Source: Azolla caroliniana (lineage: Eukaryota > Plantae > Polypodiophyta). Taken from it: DNA of 64,000 nt. Position numbers and translations under genes: made by a program. The stretch is from positions 15,066,001-15,130,000 of the forward strand of contig JBHGNT010000003.1 of NCBI GenBank assembly GCA_043228905.1. The letters are read 5' to 3'. Shown one piece after another: positions 61,890 to 64,000 of this stretch. Numbering within the stretch: the stretch's first letter is position 1; each line of letters begins with the position of its first letter. The notes beneath the pieces are model-generated. The model did not search any database and had not been told where the DNA came from. It worked only from the letters and a program-made list of their open reading frames with translations.

Positions 61890-64000
61890 AGCATCCTTGA
61901 CACATTATTTTTATTTGCTTCTTCCACCCATTCCTTCGCTGCTTTTCTAACAGCTTCTTGGATTTCCCATTCTGATTGTTTACCTTTACTTCTGGTAATG
62001 ACCTGTTGAATTTCCGGTATCACCATATTAACGACAAGTGCTTTTCCTTTGGTTTTACACGGACATTGATTTGCATAATGGCCATCTTTCCTGCAAATAT
62101 AGCAGTTAGGAGTGAATGATCCACTGCCTTCACCCTGTTCATATTGGGGACATCCATCTGGATGCTCTCTCTGAGAATCATGTTGAAATTGCCGTGACGC
62201 TTTTGGCTTATAGAATTTTTTGTTGTTGTGTCGATTCTGTTTATTCTGATAACGACCTCGTTGTTGTTGACGACTGTTATCTTGCAGTGCTGAAAAATCT
62301 TGATCTCGATTCTATCTATAATCATACTATCCGGCGTCCTCTTGTGTTGGACCTTGATTATCATTTCTCCTGTATTCATTCCAGTCATTACTCGGTCGCC
62401 TTTCGGAATAATTCCAATTATCATACCGGTCATCCTCCTAATACCGATTATTGAACCTATTACGGTTATCTTGGTAACCATTTTCTTGAAAAATTTGCCG
62501 TATTGGCGTTGTCGCTTTGTTAAGCAAATTATATTCACATTGTTCTACTGAATGGGCCTTAGAGTGACAGATTGTGCAATGTATACGTAAACTACACTCG
62601 ATTGTCGAATGCCCAGTATTCAAACAATTAGTAGATTGTCCTGCTTGGCGAAACTGTAACTCTTTCATAGTTGGCAAAGTATGATGCAATGCCGACATAT
62701 CCATACTTCTTACATTTTTTGGATTTCGACCCAAAGCAATGACCGTATCAATCACTTGCTCAATTGATTGATTTCGGAAATCGAACACCACTAGTGTTGT
62801 TCGTAGTGGTTCCCGAATTGCCTCTAGAAAGATATCCTTTAGTTCGTGATCCGGAATTGGCCTGGAAATTTGTAACTGTAGATTCTGAAAGCGAATGACA
62901 AATTGTGACACCATTTCATTGGGTTCTTGATACAATGCATAAAATTGAGCTATCAGATCCTTATGAGGAATTTATCGATGAAACATTTGAAGATTTTTTT
63001 TGGTTAATTGTTCGAATGTTTCGAACTCTCGGAAACCATTCTGAGCAAACCAATTTGCCTACTGGCCATCTAATGACAAAACAAACTAAGCTATTTTAGA
63101 CTTATCCTTGGCTGTAGCCGATAGTTGCTGAGCTCCATGGTTTATTTCCCATGTTGTTAAGAAATCCCTAATATGCGCTTCTGCATTAGAGCCTTCTCGA
63201 AATTTCGAGTAAGGGTAAGGCATCTTGTCTTCACTCCAGATATCGTAAAATGATACCTCTTCCGACTTATCTCCGTCTGACTAACTGTTAGTTATGTCGG
63301 GAACTGAAGACCACCTCTGACTTGTTTCTTGTTGTACCACTGTAGCAGAATAGTCTTCGACACACTTTGTAACCGAACGTGTACGAGGACATTTACGATC
63401 AACTGGTGTATCTGGTCCAGACGACGACATCCATTCGATTTGTTCTCTACTAATTGCAGATGTAACCGGGTGTGCCAAAATTATATTGTGTTGTTCGGCC
63501 GACAACCGACTCTGTCGCCGACACACAACGGAGTTCAAACGTTTCGTACTGAACGTTCTATCAAAGAATTGTGGTTGTGCAAATAGATACTAAGTTATTG
63601 TAATCTTATCGATGTTACACATACATTGAGATCGTTACTTACGTAATACAGTTATAGTAGGATAGATTGACGGAAATTAAATAGTTGCACACTGAGATTT
63701 CCTACAACTAAACTTATAGTACTAAAAGTAAAACGATGGATTCTACAATGTATTCGGTTCCTTTTTATAGGCAACCTAAAGGACTTCCTCATCAAGAAAT
63801 ACATATTGCCCTATCGGCAAGAACTACAAAAGTTGTAACTAACTATAATTTTCGGTATTAACTATTATTTGGCAATGATCCGACTTCGACTTCGACTTTG
63901 ACTTCAAACCTCCGACTCTGACGTTTCCGACTCCAACGCTTCCCCACTATGTCCGTCCACCCCTTTGTTCGGGTAACAGTCGAATAGCTTCAACTTGTCT
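61890..64000 (-). mobile_element. Truncated gypsy-type element G: LTR (from ~63480, running out of the window), Arg-like PBS, degenerate gag with zinc knuckles
   Basis: PBS-like TGGCACACCCGGT (63477-63465). YQEPNEMVSQFVIRFQNL (gag), CTICHSKAHSVEQC and a further CYICRKDGHYANQC knuckle near 62070-62110. Minus-strand TATA at ~63765. Confidence 0.75.

Overview
Eukaryotic nuclear DNA from a land plant. The PLS-PPR style, Tcn1-type chromovirus and LINE families suggest a fern or other seed-free vascular plant (inference). The window has a gene island at about 10-36 kb: a 3-exon TBL O-acetyltransferase gene, a CRM/YhbY-domain RNA-binding gene, a 5-exon HSA32/ComA-family gene with disabling lesions, and a single-exon PLS-E PPR gene. 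These sit among decayed LINEs, Ty1/copia fragments, solo LTRs and CACTA/hAT remnants. From 39.6 to 64 kb is a nested LTR-retrotransposon pile that can be resolved by hand from target-site duplications (TSDs): Copia B in solo LTR C next to Copia A; chromovirus F in the LTR of gag-only element E, itself inside Copia D; then truncated gypsy G. The most notable observations are: (1) chromovirus F has a Tf1-type self-priming PBS and carries a tRNA-like Pol III A/B-box cassette in both LTRs; (2) element E is a pol-less gag-only element with a tRNA-Trp PBS, a 4-bp TSD and a repeat-built interior; (3) the HSA32-family gene looks more like microbial ComA-like proteins than angiosperm HSA32; (4) Copia B has a duplicated PPT enclosing an extra ORF. 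All coordinates were read by eye and no database searches were run.
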